Assembly: GCA_050250255.1 (NCBI GenBank)
Contig: JBFWOZ010000008.1
Location: 24,516-88,515 of the forward strand
Length of the DNA: 64,000 nt
Direction of reading: 5' to 3'
Source: Bdellovibrionales bacterium
Lineage (GTDB): Bacteria; Bdellovibrionota; Bdellovibrionia; Bdellovibrionales; DASUEL01
The notes beneath the pieces are model-generated. The model worked only from the letters and a program-made list of their open reading frames with translations, was not told the origin of the DNA and made no database searches. The position numbers and the translations under genes are program-made. This document shows, in pieces, positions 28,700 through 39,532 of this stretch. Every line of letters starts with the position of its first letter. Position 1 is the stretch's first letter.

Positions 28700-29881
28700 A
28701 TGATGAAGGTGATTTTTCTCGCGCTCTTAATCTCATTTTATTCCCCTGTTTTTGCCCAAGAAACGGTAGTCCCCACGTTCGATCCTTGGACCCAATTTGT
28801 AGAGAATCAATGGAACAAAAGCATGGGTCTTTGCCTCATGGGAGACGAAGAATATGCGAAATATCAAACCGAGTGGCAAAACTTCCGCATTATTTCGGCC
28901 ATCCGTTACGAACTTTTACTGAAACACTGGTTTAAGAGAGATCCACCCAAGCAAAACAATCTTGAAATCGATAGCGCTTTTCAGTTTCAAAAGCTTGAAC
29001 CCTACATGATTGCAGGCATCAGCGAGGCCGAAAAAATCTCAAACATCGACCAAGCGATTCTTCATGCGCTCGAACTAGAGCTTCCGTCAGCAAGCCCTGA
29101 AGAGTTTCGAAAACGTTTTGGATTTTTAAAAGCGAATTTGACGGCTTACCTTCAGGTTCTCAACAAAGATTCCCTCATGGCCGCTCCCTATAACGGCCAT
29201 GAGGGATTTTCGATTTTGTATCAAAACCTTTGGAAGAAAAAAGCTGCGACCTCAGGTTCTTGGAGTCTTGAAAATTATCGAGTATCAGCTCAGGATTTAA
29301 AATCCGTCGATGCGATGGCACGTACGCTTTGGCTCGCAGGGAATTCCTGCAAGGAACCACAAAAGGGCGCTTACCAAGCCCTCGCACGAATCATGATTGA
29401 TCGTTCGAAGTTCTGTCAGGATTTTGATAAAAAATCGATTGAGTACTGTAGCTCCGATCGTCGTCTGAAAGATGCTTCTCCTATCGAAAAAGTGATCGCG
29501 AAAGCCAACGCCTTTGAGGTTTGGCGAGGGGGACTCTTTGAACAATTCCCTCAACAAAACAAAAAAAAATCGTGGGTGCGTAGCTTTTATAAGCTCTCTG
29601 TCGGAAATCCCTCACTGCAAAAAGCGCTGTGTCCCACAGCTCTCGTAAACCCCGAGCAACTCGCACAACTCAAACAAGTCTATGTGTTAGCTCTAAAAGC
29701 ACATCTTGAGACGACAAATTTTGAAAAACAGTGGGTATGGGGAGCTAACCGAAAACTCAAAAGCAAAATCAAAGCGGTAACCCAAATTTTGGATTCCACC
29801 CAAATGCCGCCACTCACTTACGATTTAAAAAAGAATTCCACCTCACAGTGTCAGCTCACAAGCTTTGTCCAGGAGCCTTAA
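28700..29881 (+). CDS. secreted hypothetical protein with a possible degenerate SleB/Hydrolase_2-like segment
   Basis: Signal peptide ending VFA; MARTLW...ALARIMIDR...IEKVI...AFEVW pattern. Confidence 0.6.
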   Translation: MMKVIFLALLISFYSPVFAQETVVPTFDPWTQFVENQWNKSMGLCLMGDEEYAKYQTEWQNFRIISAIRYELLLKHWFKRDPPKQNNLEIDSAFQFQKLEPYMIAGISEAEKISNIDQAILHALELELPSASPEEFRKRFGFLKANLTAYLQVLNKDSLMAAPYNGHEGFSILYQNLWKKKAATSGSWSLENYRVSAQDLKSVDAMARTLWLAGNSCKEPQKGAYQALARIMIDRSKFCQDFDKKSIEYCSSDRRLKDASPIEKVIAKANAFEVWRGGLFEQFPQQNKKKSWVRSFYKLSVGNPSLQKALCPTALVNPEQLAQLKQVYVLALKAHLETTNFEKQWVWGANRKLKSKIKAVTQILDSTQMPPLTYDLKKNSTSQCQLTSFVQEP

Positions 29882-30430
29882 ATGAAATCTCTGCTTGTCG
29901 TTTTACTGATCAGCACTTTTATTTTTATTGATGATGCCGATGCACGCAGGAGAAGACGTCGCAGCAAGGAGCCTAAAACTCCTCCGAGCAAGTATGAATT
30001 AACCGATGGCGTTTCAAAAATTGAAATGAAGAAAAATCAACTCCTTTACACGCATAAAGGTCAGACCCAAACACTGACTCTCCCTTTTACCGAGCCAGAA
30101 TTTAAATTGGCTTCTTTTCGTTACAGCGATCCCATCCCAGGTCAAAGACACTTCATTCAACTTTTTTATTGGACTCAGCCAACTATAAGCTCTTACCTAC
30201 ACCAAGCGCAGCGTCCCCTGACTCTTCTCTGGGCGCTGTATGAAGCTAAACAAGGGAAACTTGTACACATTACCACTGAGGAAGAAGTCTACAGTAACTT
30301 CGGCTCCCCTCTCGTTGGACCGCCGACACATATCGAAAATGCCGTACGACTTCAGGTCAATGCCAAGCAACAAGTAGAGTGGGTGAAAGAACCTCGCGAT
30401 CCCGAACTGATTCCTGCTACTCTCGAATGA
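29882..30430 (+). CDS. secreted hypothetical protein
   Basis: Signal peptide ending ADA followed by RRRRRR; starts immediately after the previous stop. Confidence 0.7.
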   Translation: MKSLLVVLLISTFIFIDDADARRRRRRSKEPKTPPSKYELTDGVSKIEMKKNQLLYTHKGQTQTLTLPFTEPEFKLASFRYSDPIPGQRHFIQLFYWTQPTISSYLHQAQRPLTLLWALYEAKQGKLVHITTEEEVYSNFGSPLVGPPTHIENAVRLQVNAKQQVEWVKEPRDPELIPATLE

Positions 30431-30485
30431 TAAAAACTTGAAATAAGGCAGTTTTAGTGGTCTCTTTTGATATGCGGAGGCCATC

Positions 30486-31508
30486 ATGATTCGTTTACTT
30501 GCTTGTACTTTTATTCTTGCTTTGAGCTTTGGTTGCACAAAAAAATCTGGCGATAACACGACTCCAAACCAATCTTCTGGAAATAAAATTCGAGTCGCAT
30601 TGATTCTCGATAAAGGTGGAAAAGACGACAAGTCTTTCAACACTGCTGCCTGGGAAGGTGCCCTTAAAGCAAAAAAAGAATTTGATATCGAACTCAAAGA
30701 TATCGAGAGCCCTGACGACAGTGCCTATGAACCTGCAATGCGAACTTTCGGCGAACGTGGTTTCGACTTGATCGTGGCCATCGGTTTCGCACAGAAAGAT
30801 GCGGTTGCGAAGGTCGCTCCGCAATTTCCAAAAACTCAATTCGCTCTTGTTGATGCGGTTGTGGATGCACCGAACGTGCTTAGTATGATGTTCAAAGAGC
30901 ACGAGGGAAGTTTTCTCGTTGGTTATTTAGCGGGCCTCACTAGCAAAACGGGTACGATCGGATTTGTTGGTGGTATGGACATCGCGATGATTCGTCGATT
31001 TTTACTTGGTTACGAGTCTGGCGCAAAACTCGCCAATCCTAAAATCAAAGTGGTTTCAAACTTCGTAGGTGTAACTTCCGACGCTTGGGCGAACCCCACT
31101 CGTGGAAAAGAATTGGCGATTGGTCAATTTGGTCGAAAAGCCGATGTGATTTATGCAGGCGCTGGCGCCAGCAACTTAGGCGTGTTTGATGCTGCGGAAG
31201 AAAAGAAATTTTTCGCAATCGGTTGTGATAGCAATCAAAATGGCATTAAACCTGGTCGTATCTTGACGAGCATGCTCAAAAGAGTCGACGTTGCCGTTTA
31301 CGAAGCCATTGCCGCTAAAGTGAAAAACACATTTCAAGTGGGTACCCGACATTTTGGTCTTGCCGATCAAGGAATTGATTACGCGGTGGATTCCAACAAC
31401 GAAAAGCTTGTCGCTCCTCACAAAGCGGCTGTTGATAAAGTAAAGGCAGATATCATCGCCGGAAAAATCATTGTTCCTGATCATTACATCACGAGCAGAA
31501 CGAAATAA
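30486..31508 (+). CDS. BMP-family ABC transporter substrate-binding lipoprotein (nucleoside-type)
   Basis: Lipobox SFGC; GGKDDKSFN, FKEHEGSFLVG, IGFVGG, TSMLKRVD. Confidence 0.92.
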   Translation: MIRLLACTFILALSFGCTKKSGDNTTPNQSSGNKIRVALILDKGGKDDKSFNTAAWEGALKAKKEFDIELKDIESPDDSAYEPAMRTFGERGFDLIVAIGFAQKDAVAKVAPQFPKTQFALVDAVVDAPNVLSMMFKEHEGSFLVGYLAGLTSKTGTIGFVGGMDIAMIRRFLLGYESGAKLANPKIKVVSNFVGVTSDAWANPTRGKELAIGQFGRKADVIYAGAGASNLGVFDAAEEKKFFAIGCDSNQNGIKPGRILTSMLKRVDVAVYEAIAAKVKNTFQVGTRHFGLADQGIDYAVDSNNEKLVAPHKAAVDKVKADIIAGKIIVPDHYITSRTK

Positions 31509-31511
31509 AAA

Positions 31512-32999
31512 ATGTCGATTATCCTTGAAACACGTCAACTCACAAAAGAGTTTGGACCACATAAAGCGGTTCAGGACGTAAATTTCAAGGTTCAAGCTGG
31601 ATCCATTCACGCCATCATCGGTGAAAACGGGGCCGGAAAATCCACTCTCATGAAATTGATTTTTGGTTTGTACAAGCCGACTCATGGAGAAATTCTCTAC
31701 AAAGGTCAGCCGGTGAAGTGGGCCTCACCTGTAGAAGCCATTCATTCCGGAATTGGGATGGTTCACCAGCACTTTAGTCTTCTCCCTACTTCCACCGCGA
31801 TCGATAACATTGTGCTTGGTTTTGAACCTTTAAGTGGTTTTGGTAGAATAGATCGCAAAAAAGCCATCGAAGAAATTGAAAAGCTTCTCCCTAGCGAATC
31901 ACTTCGTGTGCCATGGCATAAAACTATTGAGGAACTCAGTATCGGCGAGAGACAGCGAGTGGAAATACTCAAGGTCCTCTACCGTCGAGCCGACTTTTTA
32001 ATTTTAGATGAACCGACGGCTGTGCTGACTCCCCAAGAATCCGAAGATCTTTATCAAGTGATGAAAGATCTTAAAAAATCGGGTCGAACGATCGTGATCA
32101 TTAGTCATAAAATCCATGAGCTTCTACCCCTCGCCGATGACTACACAGTTTTAAAAGGTGGAGTTGTCACAGGCACCGGGAAAATCAGCGAAGTGAATCA
32201 AGAAAAACTTGTTCACATGATGATCGGTCGAAATCTCGCACCTAAAACTTCTGAACGAACCGCTTGTCAAACTGGCCTTCGACTTAAAGCAGAACAAGTC
32301 TGTGATCTCGAAGGTCGTAGACTCAAAAATGTTTCCCTGTATTTACATGCAGGAGAAGTTGTAGGAATTGCTGGCGTTGAAGGTTCGGGACAAAAGGAAT
32401 TTATCAATAGCATTATCGGCCTCCATCCTTTTCGTGGAAATCTAGAGGTTTTGCATCACAAAGTCGAATCAGGACATGTGCATCCTCATGGCAACATCGG
32501 GTTTGTTCCCGAAGATCGTTTGCTCAACGCGCTTTGGAGCCAGGCGAGCTGTTATCATAACCTTGTCGTGGGAATCGAAGAGCATTTTTCAAAATATGGT
32601 GTGATGAGTGAAAAGAAAATCCGGAGCACCGTAACTCCTTGGGCTCAATCACTTGACGTACGTGCACGTAGCCTAGAACAGGCAGGCGGAGAACTCAGCG
32701 GTGGAAATCAGCAAAAGCTTGTGTTTGCTCGCGAAGTTTTTGGAAAACAGCCACCCCTCTTGATCTGCCATCAGCCCACTCGCGGTGTCGATTTAGGTGC
32801 GATGGAGAAAATTCATCAGCTTATTCTCCAAAAACGAAATGAAGGTACGGGCGTTCTTCTCGTCAGTAGCGATCTTGATGAATTGATGGATCTTTCGGAT
32901 CGTATTTATGTTTTTTATTCCGGCGGAATCACTGCCGAACTTCCGCGTGCTCAATTTGATCGTTTTCTTCTCGGAAAATACATGGCTGGTGGACAATGA
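31512..32999 (+). CDS. ABC transporter ATP-binding protein (double NBD, CUT2/Nup)
   Basis: GENGAGKSTLM, GMVHQHF, LDEPT, LSGGNQQK, QPTRGVD. Confidence 0.93.
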   Translation: MSIILETRQLTKEFGPHKAVQDVNFKVQAGSIHAIIGENGAGKSTLMKLIFGLYKPTHGEILYKGQPVKWASPVEAIHSGIGMVHQHFSLLPTSTAIDNIVLGFEPLSGFGRIDRKKAIEEIEKLLPSESLRVPWHKTIEELSIGERQRVEILKVLYRRADFLILDEPTAVLTPQESEDLYQVMKDLKKSGRTIVIISHKIHELLPLADDYTVLKGGVVTGTGKISEVNQEKLVHMMIGRNLAPKTSERTACQTGLRLKAEQVCDLEGRRLKNVSLYLHAGEVVGIAGVEGSGQKEFINSIIGLHPFRGNLEVLHHKVESGHVHPHGNIGFVPEDRLLNALWSQASCYHNLVVGIEEHFSKYGVMSEKKIRSTVTPWAQSLDVRARSLEQAGGELSGGNQQKLVFAREVFGKQPPLLICHQPTRGVDLGAMEKIHQLILQKRNEGTGVLLVSSDLDELMDLSDRIYVFYSGGITAELPRAQFDRFLLGKYMAGGQ

Positions 33000-34045
33000 A
33001 CGTGCGTGGTTTTCTCTTCTCACTGACTTGCGCAATTTTAGGTCTGATCGTGAGCCTCGTGATTTCTTTTTTCATCGGCGAAAATCCCCTGCATGTTTTA
33101 AATGTCATGACGGCAGGTGCCTTTGGTTCATGGACCAACATTGGTTACACTTTTTACTACGCCACACCTCTCATGTTCACAGGATTTGCCGTCAGCTGGG
33201 CGCTTCGCACAGGTCTTTTTAACATTGGAGCCGAAGGCCAAATGGTGATGGGTGCGATGGCGGCTACAGTTTTAACATTGAGTTTGCCAGAAATCCCGTC
33301 TCCACTTTCGTGGTTATTGGTCCTCATCGTGGCTTCTTTTGCTGGAGGACTCTGGGGTGCCCTTGCCGGTTGGCTCAAAGCCTATCGTGGAGCTCACGAA
33401 GTTCTCGCCACTATTCTACTTAATATTGTTGCCGCGGGGATCACCGGCTACGTGGTGAACCATCTCTATAAAAATCCTACGTCACAAAATCCTGAAACGT
33501 TGCCATTCACCGAAAACTTTTTGATCTCTACGATTCCTTGGCTCGGTGGACAGAGTCCCCTCAACTGGAGTTTTGTTTTTGCGCTTATCCTTATTGTTTT
33601 TTTCTCGCTCGTAAATCACTACACCATCTTAGGTTTTCGCAGTCGTCTCACTGGCGATTCACCGGGACTTGCGCTCCACGCAGGTGTTGACGTGAAAAAA
33701 CAAATTCTCCTCGCAATGGCGATCTCGGGAGCCTTCGCAGGTCTTGCAGGTATTTCGGAGGTGTTTAGTTACTCTGGAAAACTCAAAGAAGGGTTTGCAG
33801 CAGGTGCAGGCTTTACCGGAATTGCCGTGGCACTTCTCGGTCGTCACCATCCCGTAGGAATTATCGCATCGGCTTTTCTCTTCGGTGCACTTCACAAAGG
33901 CTCACTCGATTTAGATATTGATACCGAATACATCAGCCGCGATTTTGCGCTGGTGATTCAAGCTTTGATCATTCTCTTTATCGCGAGCGAAAACGGTCTG
34001 GTGGCAAAAGTGCGCGAACTCACCAAAGGAAAAAAGAATGCTTGA
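32996..34045 (+). CDS. ABC transporter permease
   Basis: GLFNIGAEGQ, GAHEVLATILLN, GFTGIAVALLG. Confidence 0.92.
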   Translation: MNVRGFLFSLTCAILGLIVSLVISFFIGENPLHVLNVMTAGAFGSWTNIGYTFYYATPLMFTGFAVSWALRTGLFNIGAEGQMVMGAMAATVLTLSLPEIPSPLSWLLVLIVASFAGGLWGALAGWLKAYRGAHEVLATILLNIVAAGITGYVVNHLYKNPTSQNPETLPFTENFLISTIPWLGGQSPLNWSFVFALILIVFFSLVNHYTILGFRSRLTGDSPGLALHAGVDVKKQILLAMAISGAFAGLAGISEVFSYSGKLKEGFAAGAGFTGIAVALLGRHHPVGIIASAFLFGALHKGSLDLDIDTEYISRDFALVIQALIILFIASENGLVAKVRELTKGKKNA

Positions 34046-34922
34046 AGAAATTCTGCTTTCAACTCTAAGACTTGGTATTCCTCTCGCATTTGCCGCTCTT
34101 GGCGGGCTTCTTTCTGAGCGAGCGGGAGTTGCCAACATCGCTCTTGAAGCAACGCTTTTATTCTCGGCTTTTGCCGCTGCCGCGATGACCACCCTTTCTG
34201 AATCTCTCATGATGGGTCTGACTTCTGGAGTGATCGCCGGACTCATCGTCGGTTTACTTTTTAGTTCGATTTGCATTTGGGGACGCGGCGATCAAATCGT
34301 TGTGGGTGCCGCTTTTAATCTTTTTGCCGTAGGCCTTTTACCGCTCATGATGAAAGCGCTCTTTCAAGTTTCCGGCTCAACTCCGGCACTTCCGCTGGAA
34401 CTTCGCTTTTCCTCTATCACTTTATTCGTGATTCTCTGCGGAGTTCTCGTACTTGGAGTCTGGTATTTGTTTCGAGAAACTTTCGTGGGTTTACGCATTC
34501 ACGCTGCCGGAGAAAATCCACAAACTCTCGCAAACCAAGGGGTCTCTTACCGCATGGTTCGCTTGGGTGCGGTGACTTTAGGCTCGGCACTCGTAGGCCT
34601 CGGCGGAGTTTACTTAAGTCTTTGTCAGGGAAGCGGATTCATCCGAAATATGTCAGCAGGTCGAGGATTTATTGCGCTTGCCGCTCTCATTCTCGGCGGA
34701 TGGAAACCCTTTCCCACTCTGGCTGCCTGTTTCTTTTTTGCTTTCACCGATGCCATCCAAATTCGTTTACAAGGCACAACTGTCGGTGGTTGGAACGTGC
34801 CGAATCAGCTCGTACAGATCTCTCCGTTCATTATTACTTTCGTGGGCCTCGCTCTCTTTGGCGGCCGCATGAGAGCGCCTCTCGCCATCAATCGCAGCGA
34901 TGAGCAAATGCGCACGAACTAG
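34038..34922 (+). CDS. ABC transporter permease
   Basis: SERAGVANIALE, GENP, GRGFIALAALILG. Confidence 0.92.
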   Translation: MLEEILLSTLRLGIPLAFAALGGLLSERAGVANIALEATLLFSAFAAAAMTTLSESLMMGLTSGVIAGLIVGLLFSSICIWGRGDQIVVGAAFNLFAVGLLPLMMKALFQVSGSTPALPLELRFSSITLFVILCGVLVLGVWYLFRETFVGLRIHAAGENPQTLANQGVSYRMVRLGAVTLGSALVGLGGVYLSLCQGSGFIRNMSAGRGFIALAALILGGWKPFPTLAACFFFAFTDAIQIRLQGTTVGGWNVPNQLVQISPFIITFVGLALFGGRMRAPLAINRSDEQMRTN

Positions 34923-34993
34923 CTCGACCTAAGTCGAATAGTCGGGAGTCCTATGGACTCGCACTCATATGTCACCACTGCTAAACTATCTCT

Positions 34994-37906
34994 ATGATTT
35001 ATTGGGGAAAACGTTTCTTGATGGCCTGGCTTATTTTAGGTGTGCTCACCTTTGGAGTCGCCTTCGTGTTTTCCCAGTTTTTTGCTGAAGGTTATATCAA
35101 AGACTTCGTTGAAAAGGATCTCGCACAAAAAACGAATCTTCAATTAAAAGTCGGCTCGGCCAAAGTTCGTTTGCTTCCTCCGATCGCAATTTCCATGGGA
35201 CAAGTGGAAGCTGCAGCACCCGATCAAACAAAAAAAATGATTGCCGAACAAGCCGAGGTGAGAGTCGATCTATTTTCATTGCTTACTCATTTGCCTCGTC
35301 ATCATATAAAAACACAAATTCTCCTCTTAAAACCCGTGATTCAAATACGTTTACCGCCAGCGCCGACAGCGAACGCATCGGCGACAACAGCCGTACCCCC
35401 TACAGTCACCAGCACCTCCATATCGTTTCCAGAAAACTTTGATGCCAATGTCGTATTCGACTTACAAGGTGGAGAATTTCACGTCACTCAGCAAGGAGTG
35501 AACCCTACAATTCCTGACACCAAACTTTTATCTCTGAATCAGCTTTATATTACGCTTGAAATGCCAAACTTACGTTCACCCTGGAATTTAAAAGTTTTAG
35601 CTGAGCAAAACACCTTCACTCCGTTTCTCATCACACTTCCTCTCGACTTTTATTCTGAAATTCACCCGAACTTTGAAACCATGAAGCTTGATTTTAAAAA
35701 CGCCGGCCTTCGCTTTGTGGGCATTAGCACCCAGATCGCAGGACAAGTGAATTTAAACAATATGCATCACAGTTGGGATGCGAAATTCTCCGCCCCCGAT
35801 CTTGCGAGTATCAAAAATTTATCACTTCCTGGAATTTGGCGCGGCTCCATTCTTGCCAACATTAAGGTGAATGCCGCAGAAAATTTAGCGGTCAGCGGAG
35901 CCGTTAACGTGAAAGACGTGATGGGAGATTTTTCTTTAAAAAAAGAAGGTTTCTCGTATGAGGGGATTTTAAAAAGCACTGCATCTACCTCTTTCGTTTA
36001 TCAAAAGCAGCTCGATTTAAAAACGGCCGTCGGCTTTTTAGATCTCACCGAAGCTTCGCTCACCTATAAAAATTTATTTAAAAAAGAACGGAATGTGGCT
36101 TTCAACGCCGATTTTGATTTAGGAAATGATCAAAATGGAATTCAGGTTAAAAAATTAAAAGCACGCCTGGCACAACTTCAAGCATCAGGAAGCGGTCTAT
36201 TAGCTCTCTCACCAGAGCAGAGTTCGGAAATCGACATTCACATTCCAAAAACAAATATGGCAGGGCTTGAAAAGAATTTTCCATTGCTTCAAGCGCCGCT
36301 CGTTGGCTCCGTTCAAATCGATGCCTCGATCAAAGGAGACTTTCAAAAACCAGACACTCTTCTCGTAAACGTCAATCCCATCGTACTTGAGAATCTTAAA
36401 GTGAACGCCAAATGGAGTTCGGAAGACAAAACGAAAACGATTAATGGCCTCTCCGTTATCAACGCAAAAGCCACCGTGATTCTACAGGGTCATGACTTAA
36501 AATCGTCGCAGGTAGATGCGCAGGCCGATCTCACCCACGCTAGCCTGCTCGTGCAAGATATGTTCGTCAAAGCCTTAGGCCAACCTTTTCGCCTCAGTCT
36601 CGTGACGAGTCAGAGTGCAAAAACTGTGAACATTTCAAAAGCCACTTTTTATTCGAGTGCGGGCCCCATCGATATCAAGGGAACCGTCAGCGATCCACTC
36701 AATCCCCTTATGAATCTCAATATAGAAACCGCAGGCTTAAATTTAACCAATCTTGCACAAATTTTTCCGATGCTTAAAAAATGGAAACTGAGTGGTGTAA
36801 CACAAGCACGACTCAATCTTTCGGGACAGTATTTATTTAAAGAGGGCATTACTCTTTCACCACTAGCCCTCAATGGAAGAGTCTCCGCGAATTTACCAGA
36901 ATTTAATTATCAATCACCACCAGCACCGGTAGGAGCTACTGGCTCTGAGCCTGCTCCCGCGCCAGCTCCTGAGTCGATTTTTCCTCAATGGCCTATTCTC
37001 AAAACCCTCAAACTCCAAACCGATCTCAAAGTTGGCAAGCTCACCTACAATGACTTATTGATCTCAGGTCTTACTTGGCAGGGAAAAATTGATAAGGGTC
37101 AATTGAACGCCAAATTTGATATTAAAAATCTTTTTGATGCCACGGTTTCTGTCATCAAATTGAGAACTTCACTTACTAATATTGCTCCAACTACACTCGT
37201 GGATGTGATCTGGGGCAATATGGATCTCGCACGTGCGACAGATTGGTTTTTTCCAAACTGGAAAGGCCTCGTCTCGGGAGTGTCAAGCGGAGCCATGGAT
37301 ATTAGCCTCCTCCACCCCACTCATAAAAAGTTTCTGAACGATACTGTGATTCGCGGAAGCATGAAGGTCTCTCAAGGGTTTTTGAGCACCTTAAAGTTTG
37401 ACGAAATCATCAACAAAAAATTGCATGAGTTTCCCGGAGTTGGTGATCAAACCAAAATTAATTCGAAGGGTGTTGCGGGCAATATCTCGACAAGTTTTGA
37501 ATTCACCAAGTCTATGCTCAACCTCAAACCTTTTAATGTCGTTACGCCTGAAAAAAACGAACTTCAGGCTCAAGCATGGATCAAGACAGACAAAAGCATG
37601 GAGCTAAGAGGAGATGTTTATCTCAGTAACCCTCCAGTCAAAGGTAGTATCCTTGAAGCGAACTCTGACGAAAGTGGTCGCATGGTTGTCCCCGTACGCT
37701 TTACAGGAACGGTGACGAATCCTGAGCTCAACATCGCGGAGCAAACCATCAAAACCATGCTCACCAAAACGGCCCAATACGAAACTCGCAAAGCCGCCAA
37801 CCTTCTACGAAAAAAAGCCGAATCCGAATTTAACCAGCAAGTGGATCAAGGTAAAAAGAAACTTCAAGAAGAAGTCTCCAAGGGCTTTAAGAATATTTTT
37901 AAATAA
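34994..37906 (+). CDS. AsmA-family protein
   Basis: N-terminal TM anchor, long beta-rich body, C-terminal VPVRFTGT..NP plus helical tail. Confidence 0.75.
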   Translation: MIYWGKRFLMAWLILGVLTFGVAFVFSQFFAEGYIKDFVEKDLAQKTNLQLKVGSAKVRLLPPIAISMGQVEAAAPDQTKKMIAEQAEVRVDLFSLLTHLPRHHIKTQILLLKPVIQIRLPPAPTANASATTAVPPTVTSTSISFPENFDANVVFDLQGGEFHVTQQGVNPTIPDTKLLSLNQLYITLEMPNLRSPWNLKVLAEQNTFTPFLITLPLDFYSEIHPNFETMKLDFKNAGLRFVGISTQIAGQVNLNNMHHSWDAKFSAPDLASIKNLSLPGIWRGSILANIKVNAAENLAVSGAVNVKDVMGDFSLKKEGFSYEGILKSTASTSFVYQKQLDLKTAVGFLDLTEASLTYKNLFKKERNVAFNADFDLGNDQNGIQVKKLKARLAQLQASGSGLLALSPEQSSEIDIHIPKTNMAGLEKNFPLLQAPLVGSVQIDASIKGDFQKPDTLLVNVNPIVLENLKVNAKWSSEDKTKTINGLSVINAKATVILQGHDLKSSQVDAQADLTHASLLVQDMFVKALGQPFRLSLVTSQSAKTVNISKATFYSSAGPIDIKGTVSDPLNPLMNLNIETAGLNLTNLAQIFPMLKKWKLSGVTQARLNLSGQYLFKEGITLSPLALNGRVSANLPEFNYQSPPAPVGATGSEPAPAPAPESIFPQWPILKTLKLQTDLKVGKLTYNDLLISGLTWQGKIDKGQLNAKFDIKNLFDATVSVIKLRTSLTNIAPTTLVDVIWGNMDLARATDWFFPNWKGLVSGVSSGAMDISLLHPTHKKFLNDTVIRGSMKVSQGFLSTLKFDEIINKKLHEFPGVGDQTKINSKGVAGNISTSFEFTKSMLNLKPFNVVTPEKNELQAQAWIKTDKSMELRGDVYLSNPPVKGSILEANSDESGRMVVPVRFTGTVTNPELNIAEQTIKTMLTKTAQYETRKAANLLRKKAESEFNQQVDQGKKKLQEEVSKGFKNIFK

Positions 37907-37911
37907 ATAAT

Positions 37912-38619
37912 TTATTTGTTCGCTGGTTTGCTCAGCGCAGGCTGTGTACGAATCGGATGAGTTTGTTTTAAGATTTCTTTCACCCAGTGAGCTGCACCGA
38001 CTTCGTTTGCATGCATTCCATCTTTTGTTTTATTCCCCATCGTTCCGGGACGAGTCATCGGTCGACTATCAATTAATTTACAAAAAGGGCTGACCGACGC
38101 CTCAAGAGAGGCGTAAAACGGATCAAGATTTTTTTCCATTTTTGTAAGAAGGGCCGGAGAAAAGCCTTTTGCTTCCATAGGATTTAAGTGCGGGGGGCTA
38201 ATCCATTCGCAGTCGTTGTTTTTCAGGGCTTCTGCCATCTGACGATAATAAGAATCAGCTTGAGTTCCTTGCAGCGAATTTGTGCCCAATGCCACGATGA
38301 CTTTTGAGTCTTTGTGTTTCTCTAGCAAAGCCGTAAAAATTGGCATCTGACCTTTTGGTTCGCAGGGTATAAATGTTTTTTTCTCCACACTTCGTGTGTG
38401 GCAAATTTGACCTGAAGGTTTTTGACCTTTCACCCAGTGCTCTGCCTTGCTTGAGATTGCACATAGAAGAGTGACTTCATGATTTTTTTTCGTCAGCGCA
38501 TCTACAAGTTCCGCTCCAAAGGCTGTACAACTTATGGAGTCCCCGATCACAAGAATTTTTTCTGCGTGAGCCTTTGTCACAAATCCAAAAAATAAAAGCA
38601 AAGTAATGAACTGTTTCAT
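37912..38619 (-). CDS. secreted SGNH/GDSL hydrolase
   Basis: Signal peptide ending AHA; IGDS, LGTN, DGMH. Confidence 0.8.
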   Translation of the reverse strand: MKQFITLLLFFGFVTKAHAEKILVIGDSISCTAFGAELVDALTKKNHEVTLLCAISSKAEHWVKGQKPSGQICHTRSVEKKTFIPCEPKGQMPIFTALLEKHKDSKVIVALGTNSLQGTQADSYYRQMAEALKNNDCEWISPPHLNPMEAKGFSPALLTKMEKNLDPFYASLEASVSPFCKLIDSRPMTRPGTMGNKTKDGMHANEVGAAHWVKEILKQTHPIRTQPALSKPANK

Positions 38620-38706
38620 TCCCCTAATGTAACACAAGGCACGACAGCAAAGCTTCTTGGAAGCTTGTAGGTTGACAGGGGCTATACGAAGATCTAGGTT
38701 GCCTCT

Positions 38707-38916
38707 ATGGATCCACAAAAAAATCCCTACGCGGGACCGCAAAAATCAGTCATTACGAAAAAACTCATCGCTCTTTTTATTTTGTTTGTTGCGATCCTTT
38801 TCTTCACTTACCAAATTTGGTTGTCGAAGCATAATGCCGTAGCTCCATCGAGCCAATTCCCAACACCGCTTGAGACACAACAGACGCCGCCAGTTGGGCC
38901 ACCAGCCAATCCTTAA
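38707..38916 (+). CDS. small single-TM hypothetical protein
   Basis: One TM helix, Pro-rich tail; 11 nt before the next gene. Confidence 0.55.
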   Translation: MDPQKNPYAGPQKSVITKKLIALFILFVAILFFTYQIWLSKHNAVAPSSQFPTPLETQQTPPVGPPANP

Positions 38917-38927
38917 GAGAGGTTTTC

Positions 38928-39335
38928 ATGAACCCACCAGATTCAGAAATCAAAAAGGTCTTAACTCAATATAAAAATATCGCCGTGGTGGGACTTAGTC
39001 CGCAAGCGGATCGGCCCAGCTACGACGTCACCGAATATATGATTCATGCCGGTTACAACATCTGTGGCGTACGCCCCGGTGGGATCAAATCCATTTTGAA
39101 TCGTCCTTGCTTTGAAAGCTTAGCCGATGTGACCGAGCCTTTTGAAATTGTGAATGTGTTTCGTGCGAGCGATGCGATCCCTGGAGTGGTCGACGAAGTC
39201 TTGAAGACAAAAGCCAAAGTTCTTTGGCTCCAACTCGGTATCACTCATCCCGAAGCCGAAGAGAAGGCCCGCAAAGCCGGCCTCATCGTGATCTCCAACA
39301 AGTGTATTCTTGTCGAGCACCGCCGTTTGTTATAA
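38928..39335 (+). CDS. CoA-binding protein (YccU-like)
   Basis: IAVVGLS...RPS, VNVFR, LWLQLGI, CILVEH. Confidence 0.92.
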   Translation: MNPPDSEIKKVLTQYKNIAVVGLSPQADRPSYDVTEYMIHAGYNICGVRPGGIKSILNRPCFESLADVTEPFEIVNVFRASDAIPGVVDEVLKTKAKVLWLQLGITHPEAEEKARKAGLIVISNKCILVEHRRLL

Positions 39336-39406
39336 TAAAGGCGCCGCAGCCTTGAAGCACCATCCTTGTTTATGCTTAAAAAGCCACCCACAATTTCGGT
39401 CTTAAA

Positions 39407-39532
39407 CTAACGGAACAAAGTCCAGATCCACCAAAGAAGTTTCAGCCAAGATAAAATAACATACGTACCATGAACCCAAGCCTTAAGTTTTCTTTGACGT
39501 TTTACGATATAAACAATGGTTTGTTTGTTCAT
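39407..39532 (-). CDS. 41-aa basic/Trp-rich hydrophobic peptide, type I toxin-like (not in the ORF track)
   Basis: MNKQTIVYIVKRQRKLKAWVHGTYVILSWLKLLWWIWTLFR; AGGAGG SD 5 nt upstream. Confidence 0.6.
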   Translation of the reverse strand: MNKQTIVYIVKRQRKLKAWVHGTYVILSWLKLLWWIWTLFR

